Assembly (NCBI RefSeq): GCF_006345805.1
Contig: NC_043016.1
Location: forward strand, 2,356,001 to 2,420,000
Length of the DNA: 64,000 nt
Reading direction: 5' to 3'
DNA from: Octopus sinensis
Lineage: Eukaryota
Of this stretch, positions 13,027 through 26,738 are shown in pieces. The position numbers and the translations under genes are program-made. Below the pieces are notes generated by a model, which was not told the DNA's origin, ran no database searches, and saw nothing but the letters and a program-made list of their open reading frames with translations. Each line of letters begins with the position of its first letter. The first letter of the stretch is position 1.

Positions 13027-14229
13027 ATGAGACCCGTGGGTGAATGGTAAAGAAAAGCAAGGTTCTAGATCTTGCTCTGCGGAATTTGTACTGCAGCGCC
13101 GCTGGGGAAGAACAGGACTCCGCATTTTTTTTCTTTTCAAAGAGACTGTTATAAACAGCTGTTTCCGTTACCTACATGTTGGTAGTTGGCTGGGATTGAT
13201 AGTTTACTCTTGTTGGGGATGAGACACTCAAAGAATTTTTTAAAGACAGATAAATTTCTTGTTGAATGAAACAAAGAGAAGTTGGAAACTTTGACCAGAA
13301 TATTGAATGACTTCGGAATAACAATCTTCGTTGTTGTTGTTATTATTATTGTTGATATTTCAATTCCAAAGCGGGAAAATGCGTATATTTTAAATTCCTG
13401 ACAATTGAGAATACTAGTAGTGGCAAAAAACTGTGAATTATTATAGAATTCGTTATCTCAAGTATATGAAACCGAGAAAGTGTAATTTGGTTTCTTGGTA
13501 ACGAATTCTCAATGGAGGAAATTCAGCTAGCCATGTAGCTAGTAAAGAAATGAAAGAATACAGTGTTGTCTGTCATCGCTATCAGAAAAGCTGTCGTGAT
13601 GACAGGATATGAAGAGAACAGAGATAGGGAGCCAGCTGATATCGGACTTATACCGTCGGGGAAAATAAAAAGGCTCACATGATAGGTGACAGCAACCGTG
13701 GACATTCGAGCTGTAGCGAAAACAATGAGTAATTATAACACCGACTCACTGCCTATTTCCCTAAGGGATACAATGAAGAAGTCTCTGTGAGATAGCCCGA
13801 CCGACCGGCTAGAAATAGCACCTAAATTCCCTTCAACTTTGCCGTGTTTTTTTTTATTTATTAGGACGGCATGGTGATTAATGCAGTCTTGGGCTCCCTA
13901 CTTACATGGAAAAATATTGGATGGTCACTGCTGAGACTGGAATATCTTTAAACATAGGACTGCATGGTCAAGACCCACCTGGAGCTACACAAAAACAACC
14001 CATTGAGATATGTCGCGAAATTACTAGCTAACAACAACAACCATAGCAAAGGTAGCGTGACCCAGCTACTAACAAGAACAACTATGAGGACATCATGATA
14101 CCAGTAATTTACTACAAAAGAAAGCAATACAAATGAAAGCGAAAACTTTAAACCATAGTAATGACAAAAATACCACAAACATCTAAACCGACAACAAAAC
14201 CTGAAAAAACAACAACAACAGCGAAAATG

Positions 14230-14430
14230 GTCTCTGTTTTAGGCACAAGGCCAGCAGTTTTGAAGGGAGAAGAGTAGTTGATGTCTTCTGCTCCATTGGT
14301 ATTTTATTTTATTGAGCCTGGATGGATGAAAGGCAAATTTGGTCTCAGCGAGATTTGAACTTAGTACCGGGATGAATGCCGAATGCAGCAATAAAACCTT
14401 TCATCCGACGATTTAATGTTTCTCGCAATG
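14230..14430 (-). mobile_element. tRNA-SINE family B, diverged
   Basis: AGGCACAAGGCC...GGATGAAAGGCAAA..ATTTGAACT shared with the 42304-42517 copy. Confidence 0.6.
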
Positions 14431-14684
14431 CCCAAGGGTGAAGGAAGGAACCTCACTGGCTACAGGAAGTATCGCTAAATTTCATGAAACCATTCTTTCT
14501 AGAATTTAGTTCAGTAAGTCTCAACCGGGGTCCATATGGTCTTAGGCGGTCCATACAAAATCTTTGTGTTAAAGCGCATGCACAACAAATTGCTTATGTT
14601 TTTACAAGACATAAAATACTTCCACAATTTTCTTGATGCAATTCCAGATAATATTTCACCAAAAAGTATATTCTTTTATTTTTC

Positions 14685-14831
14685 TAAGCCTAGTACTTAT
14701 TCTATCGGTCTCTCTTGCCGAACCGCTAGGTGACGAGGACGTAAACACACCAGCAACGGTTGTCAAGCGATGTTGGGGGGGACATAGACACACAAACATA
14801 TACACACACACACACACTCACACACACACAT

Positions 14832-14873
<42 letters not shown>

Positions 14874-15030
14874 GGCTTCTTTCAGTTTCCGTCTACCAAA
14901 TCTACATACAAGGCTTTGGTCGGCCCGAGGTTTATAGTACAAGATACTTGCCCAAGGTGCTACGCTGTGGGACTGAACCAAGAACCATGTGGTTGGTAAG
15001 CAAGCTACCTACCACACACCCACTCCTGCG
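14685..15030 (-). mobile_element. tRNA-SINE family A (3'-truncated)
   Basis: On the - strand it has Pol III A-box-like GTGTGGTAG and B-box-like GGTTCAGTCC, plus an internal (CA)n(TA)n tract. Many copies in the window. Confidence 0.85.
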
Positions 15031-15744
15031 TAAAGTAGGATTTTTGAAACATCGAATGGCTACGACAGTCTATACGAATATAATAGAAATCAAAGGGGTC
15101 CATAGGTAGAAAATTATTGAGAATCGCAGGTTTAGTTGGTCAATAAGTAATGGGCAGCGTCTGTGCCTTTTATATTTTCGGAAACAAAGTGATGAAGTTA
15201 CTCCCAAAACCAGATACTTGTTCCCAAGTGCTACTTGAAACAGAGAGGACTTTAGCAAACGTAAACGAGTTCCACGTGCTTGTATTAAGCCAATCAACGA
15301 AGTAAGTCTACAGAACAAAAAAAAAAAACAACAAAAAACTGAAAGTTAAGCACGGCAACAAATGTTATAAAGTATCTAATTCTGTGACCATTCCGCTAAC
15401 CCTTCGTTTTGGACAAGTATATAATTTGAGAGCCTTCAAAACGATGAAAGGCAAAGGTAACTATAGCAACATTTGAAAACTTACAACACAGAAAACCAAA
15501 ACGAATACCCTGTCTTTCCGCACCACAACATCACCTGAAATTCTCCTACCCATGGCTTACCTGCAGTTGTTAACATACAACAGTTTAATCTCATCAGCCT
15601 TCAAATGTTTGCAATGACCACTTTGCTATTCCTTCCTGCTGATGAAATTAATAAGCATAACAAAACAATAAGATGCAGTTGTCACGTTAAAATGTCTTTG
15701 ATCATATGTCTATCCAATAACGGCTAACCTGCGGTGAAATAGTT

Positions 15745-15920
15745 CTTTCCACTATAGGCGAATTGTCTGAAATTTCGTGGGAAAGTGGAGGTGGCTAGAC
15801 GATTGTTTGACTGACATTTATTTTATCGGCCCAGAAAGGATGAAAGGTAAAGTCGACCTCGGCAAAATTTAATCTCAGAGCGTAAAACCGGAAGAAATAC
15901 GATGATTCTGCCAGCTCGCA
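15745..15920 (-). mobile_element. tRNA-SINE family B
   Basis: GAAAGGATGAAAGGTAAAGTCGACCTCGGC..TCTGCCAGCTCGC matches the 42304-42517 copy. Confidence 0.65.
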
Positions 15921-17389
15921 TCCGTTACCTGGGGTACCGTAAATGAATGATGATGATTAACGTACATCATTTCGGGATGAGTAAATTATGAATCTGTAAT
16001 ATATAGTGGTTCAACTATCTCTGTCATTTAAATATGTAGCATTAGAAATTATTGTGTAGCGTCACCGAACACTGAGTGCATGCGTTCGCTGCACTGATAT
16101 TCATCTCCATCACGCTAATATTAAATTTTTAAATTTCGTAGAGGAAAAACATTTCCCTTTCTTTCTTTCTTTCTTTCTTTCTTTTTATGGATGTTCGACG
16201 AGTTTATCGATGGGGATCAAGAGGTTTAGGGAGCCCTTGTAATTCTTAGGTGCGACTTTCCATTCAAACTACTGTCAACTAGCTCACCAAGGAAATTAAA
16301 CTGTACTCAGTAAATAAATATATAAATAAATAAATACTTTTGTGCGAAGTCGGTGCGTTGTTCGTGCTACTTCGAGGTGATAAATGACAAAATTTATTGC
16401 TATATTCGCTGCTGCACTACATCTCAAAGTTTAGAAATATTATTTAAATGTGTAACTACCTGTGACACGTCATAATTATCTGGCTTGGTTTACATGCGGT
16501 GAATGCCTGAGAAATAAAGTTTAATTTTCAAGAAGCTGTAACTGTAATGCCGTTTCATGTCTCTTTTAAGCTACCTTACATGAATAACAATGCCAAAAGC
16601 CTGTATCAATGACTAGTATTAATGCAAAATTCAATACCGAAGAGTAGCAGTCTGCTCCAGAATTCATGACTAAAAAAATCTACTGGGGAATATTGTTCAT
16701 CTTTGGGGCTGTTGTTGCTATACGCAAAAGAGATCCTATATTCCGCCAATTTAACTCATTCACACATTTGTGTCTCGTCAACTTTGTTGTGTCTCCCGCC
16801 TAAGTATCTCAATGGCCATTTGCCTACTATCCTCGCAGTACCTCAAACCCTCTGAAACACTTTACCATAGACATCTCACTTGCAGACATGTTGACTTATA
16901 GGTTCTGAAAATAATCGATAAATTCGACATGGGGTCGAGAATCTAAGCTTATCATATGCTACACATTTTCCGTTGTAGTTTTCGCAACTTGAAATCGATT
17001 TTCACCAAACTCATGGTGAAGCTTAATGTTACCTTAAGGAACTTAATTCTGACGTTAGTTTTCCATGCAATAACATACCATAAGAAAAAATCGATAAAAT
17101 CATGCCATTTTGGGAAATCGCGTTCAAATTCAAGATGATATTTTCGACAATATCTTTAAGAAATTGGTAGGAATTTTTTTTGAAATTCACAGCGAGCAAC
17201 ATGCTGCTCCAAGGAGCTATATGGCCCTTTTGATTCCAATAGGATACGTTATTACTGGAAAAAATCGGTTAATTACATCATATGTTGCACACATAGCAAA
17301 CCTATTTTTCTGCGATATTTTTGGAAAGTTCACATAGATTCTCCCTACACCGATGTTGGACATGAAGTTTGCATTAAATGTCAAACTAA

Positions 17390-19164
17390 CGACCAGCAAC
17401 GTGGGGGATTTACTTCCTTGACGCACCTGGCGGCACTGGCAAAACCTTCGTCACGAAACTAATTCTGGCGGAGGTCAGACGCAACACGGACATTGCCCTG
17501 GCTGTAGCTTCCTCTGTAATCGCGGCCACGTTGCTTCCGGGTGGCAGAAACACCCACTCTGCCTTCAGACTCCCGCTCGATCTGGCAAAGTCCGAGTCAC
17601 CTATCTGCAACATCGCCAAGAACTCAGAACAGGCCGACATTCTGCGCAGATGTAAACTCATCGTATGGGATGAGTGCACTATGACACACAAAGACGCCCT
17701 TGAGGCACTGGACAGGTCCCTGCAAGACATCAGAGACTCTACGGCCCCCATTGGAGGATTGACTTTACTTCTTTCAGGAGACTTCAGGCAGACTCTACCT
17801 GTTATTCCTAAAAGAACCCGTGCCGATGCCGTGCGCGCGTGCCTAAAGTCATCAACTCTTTGGGCACATGTGTGGCCTTTGCACCTCCAAGCTAACATGC
17901 GCGCGCAGTTGATTGGTGACAGCGGATCCGCCGCATTCTCCAGGGACCTTTTATCGCTCGATGAAAATAGGATGCCGGCTGATGCGGACGGCTGCGTTCA
18001 ATTGGACTCACTTTGCACCACTGTCGACACCCCTGTTAGCCTCCGGGACGCTGTCTTCCATGACCTACAAAACAATTTACGCGACCTAAAATGGCTGGCA
18101 GGCAGAGCTATTCTCGCACCCCAAAATACAACCGTCAACTCCATCAATATCCAGCTACTTGAAGCTATTCCTGGTGATGTCCACGTCTACAAATCTATAG
18201 ATAAGACAGCAGACCCCGCCGAGCTTGCCGATTATCCCGTTGAATTCCTGAATTCACTTGAACCGCCAGGCTTGCCGCCAGACATCCTGAAGTTAAAAGT
18301 CGGTGCGCCCATTATGCTCATCAGGAATTTGGTTCCACCTAAACAGTGCAACGGCACACGTCTGGTTGTGAAACATTTGGCACCACATTTAATAACGGCC
18401 ACAATACTTACCGGTTATGGGAAGGGAGAGTACGTCTTCATTCCACGCATGCACCTTCAACCGTCGGGCGCTGACCTACCAATCCACTTCAGGCGTTCTC
18501 AGTTTCCTGTTAAACTCTGCTTCGCAATGTCCATCAGTAAATCCCAAGGTCGCTGGGTTACATTTGGGCGAACAGTGCTTCGCCCACGGTCAACTCTACG
18601 TGCGCTGTTCACGCGTTGGGAGGCGCAATGATGTTTTCATGTTTTCGCCCAGAGGGACAGCTAGGAACGTCGTATACACAGAAGTATTGGAGTGAAGAGA
18701 AGACGTTGCAACCTACATATGCCCCTTATTTCCCTAGAGAGAAAAGACTAGATCGGGATTAGTTGTTGCCTACTAGAGGCTCCCGAGCCCCCTTTCGCTA
18801 GACTTAAGTTAGGATTAGGTAGGGCTTATCTGTGGTCCGAACCCAACTTGGGTTCGGGGCGCGGTGTCAAAAAGTCCGGCATGTGCAACCTTATCACCTC
18901 TGCCTGTCAAACTCCCAACCCATGCGTTCCCGTTGTGACACTGATCCCGCAGAACTGGGTTGGGTGTACTAAACAAAACCAGAAAATGCACTTTGACTGT
19001 CAGATTTTCTTCATGCATGCAAGGGAACGGTGCCTTTAATGCCTTTTAGGCTTCATTTTACAAAATAACGGTTCAATGAGTACAAAAAAGGGCAAAAAGG
19101 TAAAGGGCATTGCTTATCGACAAAGTTTCTTACATACCCGGGCAACGCCGGCCTATGCTGCTAG
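17390..19164 (+). mobile_element. Helitron 3' portion (second family)
   Basis: Pif1 helicase followed by hairpin CCCGGGCAACGCCGG (19137-19151), CTAG (19161-19164) and TATATA. Confidence 0.85.
17400..18695 (+). pseudogene. Helitron Pif1-family helicase domain, frameshifted
   Basis: FLDAPGGTGKT, LLPGGRNTHS, IVWDECTM, LLSGDFRQTLPV, QCNGTRL, QFPVKLCFAMSISKSQG and CFAHGQLYVRCSRV. Confidence 0.93.
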
Positions 19165-19227
19165 TATATATATATAGGGGAGAGTGAGAGAGTCAGGCAG
19201 ACAAAAGACAGACAGACAGACAAACAA

Positions 19228-19287
<60 letters not shown>

Positions 19288-19349
19288 ATAGATAGATTGA
19301 TAGATACACACACGCACGCACATATAGATATAGATATAGATATATATGA

Positions 19350-19690
19350 GAAGGAGACTCCCTTCGGTCATGACTGACCTTGGGAATGCACCAAGAAAAT
19401 TACCCTCCGAGACACAAGTCCAGATAAGGTTGTTTGTAGAAGGCCAGCAATTGCACATGCATACCAGGCTCCCCTAACCACGCCACCAATGTTATCCAAG
19501 CGAAAAGCAAAGGGGCCGATACAACCTGGCACCAGTGACGACGTGGAAACTCCTTTCTGCAGTTGAATAAACTAGAGCAACGTGAACTAAAGTGTCTTGC
19601 TCAAGAACACAACAGACAGCCCTGTCCGGGAATCAAACTCACAACCTCACGATCGTAAGCTCTACGCTATAGCCAATGAGCCATATGCCT
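19350..19690 (-). mobile_element. tRNA-SINE family C
   Basis: The reverse-complement head GGCATATGGCTCATTGGCTATAGCG..GAGTTTGATTCC has A and B boxes, followed by a GTGTTCTTGAGCAAGACACT central-domain-like motif. Confidence 0.65.
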
Positions 19691-19895
19691 ATACATAGAC
19701 ACACGCACGCACGCACACACACACATACACACACACACACACACAGACACAAACACACACACACACTCACAAATACATATGCAGAAACATGTGGGCAACG
19801 ACAAAGAACCAACTAATCAGAACTGCAACTGTGATCCAGATGATTATGGGAAACCGCCTTCAAAGTAAGCAAATAATAATAATAATAATAATAAC

Positions 19896-19947
<52 letters not shown>

Positions 19948-20349
19948 AAAAATGATGATGGCGACGACGATGGCATTAGACTTTCATGATTGCCACAAAC
20001 ATTTTTGACCAGTTTAGGTTACAACTGAGTGACCCTTGACTAAAAAGGGGGACCGCGATTAGCGCTTGAGTTAACAAAATTGCATTAAATCTACTTCTTC
20101 ATAGTTTTGAAGCAAAAATAATCTGATCTGCTAAAAACAATTTATATTAACCAGTTCTTTCTTCTTTGAAAATAGGAAAAATAGGAAAGAGATTTTGTGA
20201 AATATCAAAAAGAGATGTAGATCCTGAACCAAAAATATACCATACTAATTTTATTGTGCTGCAGTTCTTGTTGTTGTTGTTGTGGTTCATGTTAGTATTA
20301 TTATCGTCGTTGTTTGTATGAAAGTGTCCCGGTGGCAATAACGTAGAAA

Positions 20350-20366
20350 TGATGTTGATGATAATG

Positions 20367-20408
<42 letters not shown>

Positions 20409-20472
20409 GCAACAACAACAACAACAACAATAATGATGATGAATATGATGATAATTATTATTGTTATTATTA

Positions 20473-20522
<50 letters not shown>

Positions 20523-20697
20523 GTTATCATAATCATCGTCATCATTATTATCCTCATCATCATCATCATTTCTATGTTTTTGTTTTATGTATTGTGCATA
20601 ATAGGAAGCCAGTTGAATTACAAAGGGAGTAATATATATATGTGTGTGTGTGCGAATGAGTATCGGTATATATATATATGTGTGTTTGCGAGTGTGC

Positions 20698-20732
<35 letters not shown>

Positions 20733-20853
20733 TGTGCGCGCGAGTGTATATATGTATTTGTATGTATTTATATATGTATTTATATATACAAACAGACACA
20801 CACATATACATATATATGCATGTATATACATAAATATACATATCTGCATGTAT

Positions 20854-20916
<63 letters not shown>

Positions 20917-21053
20917 ACTATACATGCGTTCACATATACATGCATGCAGATATTTGTGTGTGTACATGTATTTGTACATGTATGTATATATATATTTGTT
21001 TGAATATATATACATATACGTATATGTGTATATATATATATCATATATTACAT

Positions 21054-21084
<31 letters not shown>

Positions 21085-21364
21085 ATTTATATATAAATAT
21101 ATATAAATGTATATATATCAATATATATACACATATAATCATTTATACACACAGACGAACCCTGAGCAAGAGTTTGAAAGACGTGTGTGCGTGTGTATTT
21201 GTGTGTGTGTGTGTGTGTGTGTATTTACATGTCTGTAGGTGCGTTTCAATCGACCGTGTGTATGTATGTGAACGTCTTTGTGCGTCCTTCCGTCTTGATA
21301 TGCGAATTAAATGTTTGAAATCGTACCTACATCTATAGTTGTGTACCTAAACATTTACATTCAG

Positions 21365-21435
<71 letters not shown>
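20350..21435. repeat. Compound microsatellite block (AAT/ATT, CA/TG, TA); similar tracts throughout the window
   Basis: Directly visible simple repeats. Confidence 0.95.
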
Positions 21436-21437
<2 letters not shown>

Positions 21438-21486
21438 CTTCATAAATAAAGGTGAGAGAAAGAGGGCGGGAGAAAAAAATAGTTAC

Positions 21487-21982
21487 CTTTGAGGGTCTTG
21501 CTTACATTGTTTAATACGCTGACAAAGGATATTAGTTTATTCTCTATTTGAAGAAATCTTATCGAATTGTTTCGTATCCACTCCAAGTCGGGAGTGTCAG
21601 GTTGTGTTTCATTATCCGGTACAGTGAAGAAGATCTGTGGCACCTCCACATTACGTTTGATCGCTCGCCGTATCGCATACGCTTTCCCTGACGGTGTGTA
21701 GGACACGTCCACAGCATCAGGCAACTTATCACGGTCTTTGCTGTTGTCTTGCGGAGATTGAGCTTTTTCGAGCGTAAAGTTGGACGCGCTTCCCTGGCCA
21801 CACGCGATCTGCAGGAAATTTTTATCAAGGTTGAATGCATACAAACAGTTCTGTGACTTGAATGTCTCTTCCTTGGTCAAAATTTGGATCGGTAGTGTTG
21901 TTATCAGCAAGAGAACGATCAAAAGAGATAGCATAGAATAGTGTTTGTTCGCTGTCCTCATTGCGGTTAACTCTGCTTCCAT
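21487..21982 (-). CDS. First coding exon of a secreted protein (signal peptide, CxYxF motif, coiled-coil start); possibly angiopoietin-like/fibrinogen-related
   Basis: Open, non-repetitive 165-codon frame with ATG in atcATGG context, hydrophobic LSLLIVLLLITTLPIQILT and N-glycosylation sequons. Splice donor AAAG|GTAACT at 21486 (phase 1). The family assignment is only a motif-level inference. Confidence 0.75.
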
Positions 21983-22160
21983 GATGACGGAAAAAACCGG
22001 AACGCTTTCAATGTTAATAATGATTTCGTAGATCTAATTTTTAGTTTCTCTTTCTTCCGTTTAATATTCTATGGCAGTTCGATGTCAGACACTTAGATTA
22101 TTATTCTGTCTCTATGTGAGTTACTATGTGTATGTGAGGTATGCGTATATTTATGAGTAT

Positions 22161-22200
<40 letters not shown>

Positions 22201-23033
22201 CTGCTTGTGTGTGTATGTGTCTGTATGTGCGTGACAGTGTATAAGTATGAGCGTGTACTTATATATTTTTGAAGTATGTTTGTTTGTGTAAAAATGCACA
22301 AATAGAACGGGATATTGGCTGATAGATAAACCTGTGGTTTTTCTCAGAATTCTTCCAAGTATATTTCTCTGAATAAATTTTCTTTGAATCCTTTCTGATG
22401 TAGTTTATTTACTTGCTTATTTATTTATTCATTTATTTATATATTTATTCGTTCAGTTCCTCTCTCTCTCTCTCTTTATATATATATATATACTGACATC
22501 ATCTAATAATATCTGAGATGAGAATGCGACCAACAGTTTATTTTTATTCTTCTGATTGGTTCATAAACATATGCAATTATGCAGTCAACTGTTGTTTTAT
22601 TTGCTCTTTATAGCTGTAAATTTAACAATTATTTTCACTAAATTTTATATCCATTATCTACAATATTACCAGTATAGGAAGTCATTATAATAGAGGTTGT
22701 AGGAAAATGTCTTCAGGTGATGCGTGTGACAGCTCATCATTTGACGAATTAAAAAAATATAAGTTAAAACAAAGTATAGACAAATTTATCTATGTTTTGA
22801 AAAGGTCATCAGAAAAATTTGTAGGAAATATTGCTAACGTAACAAACAAATTCAGTTAAGAATGGCGTGCAATTATTATTTAAGGCACGACAAGAATGCC
22901 GTCACCCTTCTACATACATGATTTTAAATATTTACTTAACATTTAAAAGAATAAGACGACTTAGGAAGTACAGAATGCTGTCTAATACATTTTGCGCATA
23001 TATAAAATATATAATCACATATTTACATATATA

Positions 23034-24097
23034 CGAGGGCATACCCAAAGAAACCGGAATTTTGCAATATTATTTAATTCACTTAGTTTTACATGTTTAC
23101 GTTTTTATCGCCTTCAAAATATTCTCCATTTGAAGCAATGCATCAGTCCAGATGCGCTTTCTTCTGTTCGAACGTATCCTGGAACTCTGCAAAGTGATGA
23201 CTTTGCAGAGGGTCGGCGAGCGCTTTCTGTCTTCTCCCATCTTTATCATTTTTCTATCATAATCATTCGCCTCATCAATGTCAATGTTCAGCCCGCAAAG
23301 CTACCTTATCTATGGACTGCCTACATGGCAAATTTAATGAATAAAAGTGATGCCTTGTAACGCCTCCGTCGTTTTATTCTTGACCTCTTCCATATCTACA
23401 AAAGCGTTTCCTTTAAGAACTTTTTCATTCGGGTAAACATAAAAAAAAGTCGCAGGAAGCAAGATCGGGTGAATAGAGTGGGTGGGTAAACAGAGTCACG
23501 CATTCACCTGTGACTGCTTTTGATGTTCCGTGAGCAAGTGAGGCACAGATTTTGCTGCAACTCTTTTTATTCGCAATCGCTCAAAATTCGTCTGCAGGAA
23601 CTCCAGAACATACCAGTCATATCAACAAGTTCGTCAATTGTTCGGTGACGGTCCTCCAAGATCACTTCACCAATTTTCATGATGTTTTCAATCGGGCGGG
23701 AGGTCGACGGTCTCCCTGAACGAGGCTGAACTTTAAGCGACAAGTGATCATTCCTAAAGCGTGGAAACCACTTATAGACTTGTGTTTTGCTCATGGCAGC
23801 CTCCTTGTAAGCTGTCTAAAGCGGGACAACTGTTTCGGCCACCGTTTGTCTCAGCAGAAAACAGAATTTCGAGGAAGTATGCTGTTCCTTCATTTCAGCC
23901 ATCGCAAAAATCGAAGAACAGGGGAGAAACACTGCAAAACAAAGGCGCACCACATGGAAATATGCCTTCACTTGACGACGGTGGTCGGCAGACAGATGCT
24001 TGAGCGATACATCAAGTGACTTCTAGCGGCGGAAGCCTGATCTACAACGGGCTTGTCTCTCAGAGAACGTTTGCGGTTACTTTTGGGTACCTCTTCG
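23034..24097 (-). mobile_element. Mariner DNA transposon, internally deleted
   Basis: TA|CGAGGGCATACCCAAAGAAACCG ... CGGTTACTTTTGGGTACCTCTTCG|TA imperfect TIRs with TA TSD. Transposase HTH MSKTQVYKWFPRF..PRSGRPSTS and a C-terminal GEYFEG. Confidence 0.9.
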
Positions 24098-24163
24098 TAC
24101 ATATAGATGCAGATATGTGTGTGCGTGCGTGCGCGCGCGCGTGTGTGTGTGTGTGTGTGCAAA

Positions 24164-24540
24164 CACTAAGTCCTGAGCAGATCTAAGTACCCAAATATAT
24201 CCAGAATAGAAAATCACACGTACTCGAGATGTGCTGAAGATTTTCTATTGTGGATATATTTGGGATACTTAGGCCTGTTCAGGACTTAGTGCTTGCTTTT
24301 TCCATGGGTATGAGTAAGTATTTCAAATATGTCTTACGTATTTATCACTGACGAAGGGAAAATTCTTATGAATTAACCCCGAAATTGGGACCAATACGGT
24401 AATAACGGATTTTTTTAGAAATTTCTAACGGCATGTTTCGAGACGCATAAATTATAATGGTTATTGACAATTTTTTTTTTTTTTTTCGGCATATTTGGCA
24501 TTAGAACTTTTCTTTTGCCCTTATTTTATAAGTTGTTTAT
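24164..24540 (+). mobile_element. PLE pseudo-LTR remnant with 5' hairpin
   Basis: Inverted arms 24164-24215 and 24239-24291. 24300-24540 is homologous to the reverse complement of 3665-3912. Confidence 0.65.
24343..24401 (+). ncRNA. Type I hammerhead ribozyme motif
   Basis: TATCA-CTGACGA-AGGG..CCCC-GAAA-TTGGgaCCAA-TA-CGGTA. Confidence 0.7.
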
Positions 24541-24596
24541 ATATATATATATATATATATATACTTTATTTAAAGCAGCAGAAAATTCAACAAAAC

Positions 24597-24634
24597 CTGT
24601 TACTTTGAGTTTCCCGTTGCCTTTCATCGGACAG
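24597..24634 (-). ncRNA. Minimal hammerhead motif with CCGAUGA core
   Basis: Reverse complement reads CTGT-CCGATGA-AAGgcaaCGG-GAAA-CTCAAAG-TA-ACAG, within an about 85-bp insert (24562-24646) in (TA)n. Confidence 0.6.
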
Positions 24635-24643
24635 TTTACTCCG

Positions 24644-24723
<80 letters not shown>

Positions 24724-25176
24724 GTATATATATATATATACATATATACATATATACATATATACTTATATACATATGTACGTATATATATGTATATGTA
24801 TACACACACATATAATTACATATATATATACATGTATATACGTATATATACATACACACACACACATATATGTATCTATAAATATATGCGTACACTTGTG
24901 TGTGTGTGTGCACGTGTGTATAAAATCTATGTATAGATGTATGTGGGTACATGGATATATATGTATGCATGAGTGTACATATGCATGTGTGTAAGCATAC
25001 ATAATTGCGTGGGTTGCGTGATTCACCCTCGGTGATATGGATGTGGAGCTTATGGTAACATTGTCTTTCAGCCCTAAATTATACGAACTACGACCGATAG
25101 TGACCATATGGGCGGGTGGGCAAACGCCCCTTGTGTGAGTGTATGTACGACCTTGTGCATGCGATTGTATGTATAC

Positions 25177-25441
25177 GCAGAAATTTAATCTACTGCATCA
25201 AATGCCCAAATTGTGAAGAACTGTATGTTGGCTAGACAGGGAATGCACTCGTTTGCATCGGCAACAAATTAAAATCCCAGAAGTCCGCCAAATACCACTG
25301 ATAAACCATCTGGCAACATGTGGTCGGAACACTTTTATGATATTCCCATTTCATAAACTTTACAACCTGAATGAAATTGAGAGAAAACTGAGAGAAAAGG
25401 ACTTTATTAAGAAATTCAAACCCAAGCTTAACAAACAATGA
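25177..25441 (+). pseudogene. PLE GIY-YIG endonuclease fragment
   Basis: RNLIYCIKCPNCEELYVG..HRQQIKIPEVRQIPLINHLATCG..KFKPKLNKQ; same family as 33858-34145. Confidence 0.85.
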
Positions 25442-25704
25442 TTAAATTAATCTTATTTGGGGTTTTAAAATCTTATCCCCGATAACCAAAAAAATCTTAA
25501 AAGTACTGCTATCATCATTTCTAAAAATAAACATTGAAAAATGGTTTAGCATCATTTCTAAAAATATCCAAACAACTATTACTGCTGCCCACAGGAACAT
25601 ATATAAAGGACAATAGACAGTCAGTCGAACACAGTTGAAACACTCCTATCACAACCTGGGACCTTGAAGACTTAATATTTTATATTCAACATTTCATCTA
25701 TTCA

Positions 25705-26070
25705 ATAATGTGGTAGACCAAACTGCGCAACATGACCAAACCTTCTAGAAGGATCAGAATTCCTTTTCAAAGAGGGACAAAAATTGAAGATCAGATCTAA
25801 TTTTACTTGTGCTTCTGAAAACATAATTTATGTCATAAGATGCCACCAAAATTACGTAGGAGTATCACTCAGACGCAGATGCACTCTGCATCGACAACAG
25901 ATTGCATTCCCAGAATACAGAATGATACACTTTAGTGAGCATATTGAGAAATGCGCAAAGCAACTACTATCACAATTTTTAATCTTTCCTTTCTATCAAT
26001 GTGCTATTGGAACACTAACACAAATTAGAAAACATTCTTCATTGAAAAATATAAGCCTGAACTTAACCAT
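25705..26070 (+). pseudogene. Second PLE GIY-YIG fragment (different family)
   Basis: CGRPNCAT..FTCASENIIYVIRC..YVG..RCTLHRQQI..FSEHIEKC..IFPFYQ. Confidence 0.8.
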
Positions 26071-26427
26071 CCTAACATTCTTATACCAAGAAACTCATCT
26101 CATTAAGGGGAATAGAAATATAAAGCGATTATCTCCCTTATACCGGAAGAAATCCCTTATTACCTCCCCCTGGCTGGAACTCTTCTCTGCATTTCATAAC
26201 GAAGACATGACACGATGTAGGTAAAGACATTTGAGAAATTTGAAAAGTTTACACGAAACCGGTTATTTCTCCAAAAACTATGTTACTATATACAAAATTT
26301 TATAACATTTTTCAAACATAACGACTTAAATATATTCTTTAACCTTATAAAACAAGCCTTCTGTAGTTTTTTCACTCTTTTCTACTTTTATACATCCAAC
26401 CACGTGCTTTCACACACAACTTTCTCA

Positions 26428-26475
<48 letters not shown>

Positions 26476-26483
26476 TACTGTCT

Positions 26484-26738
26484 ATAATAAGGGTAAAATT
26501 AATTAATTAGTAATTAATAATTTTACCAAGCAGTGTTCAGTATGTAAAACGATCATTTACTGTATATTTAAACATTACTTTATAAATTAGGGTTCATCAA
26601 AAAAATTTACTTTACCACACACCGAACTTTTAGAAATAGCAGCCAAAGAATTTAGCTATTTCCTCTACTATAAGAAGAGTCTCCGAGACAATGGGAGACT
26701 CTTCTTATAGTAGAGGAAATAGCTAAATTCTTTGGCTG

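Noticed and set aside
15561-15638. Minus-strand segment with acceptor-like TTTCATCAG and a strong CAG|GTAAGC donor as a candidate exon 2
   Set aside because: Stop codons in all three frames, including the phase-1 frame.
1903-18695. Pif1 ORFs as host PIF1 genes
   Set aside because: Intronless, frameshifted and bounded by Helitron hairpin+CTAG ends.
26195-26270. Possible hammerhead after the GIY-YIG fragments (CGAAGA..GAAACCGGT)
   Set aside because: The core is incomplete and helices I and II are not convincing.
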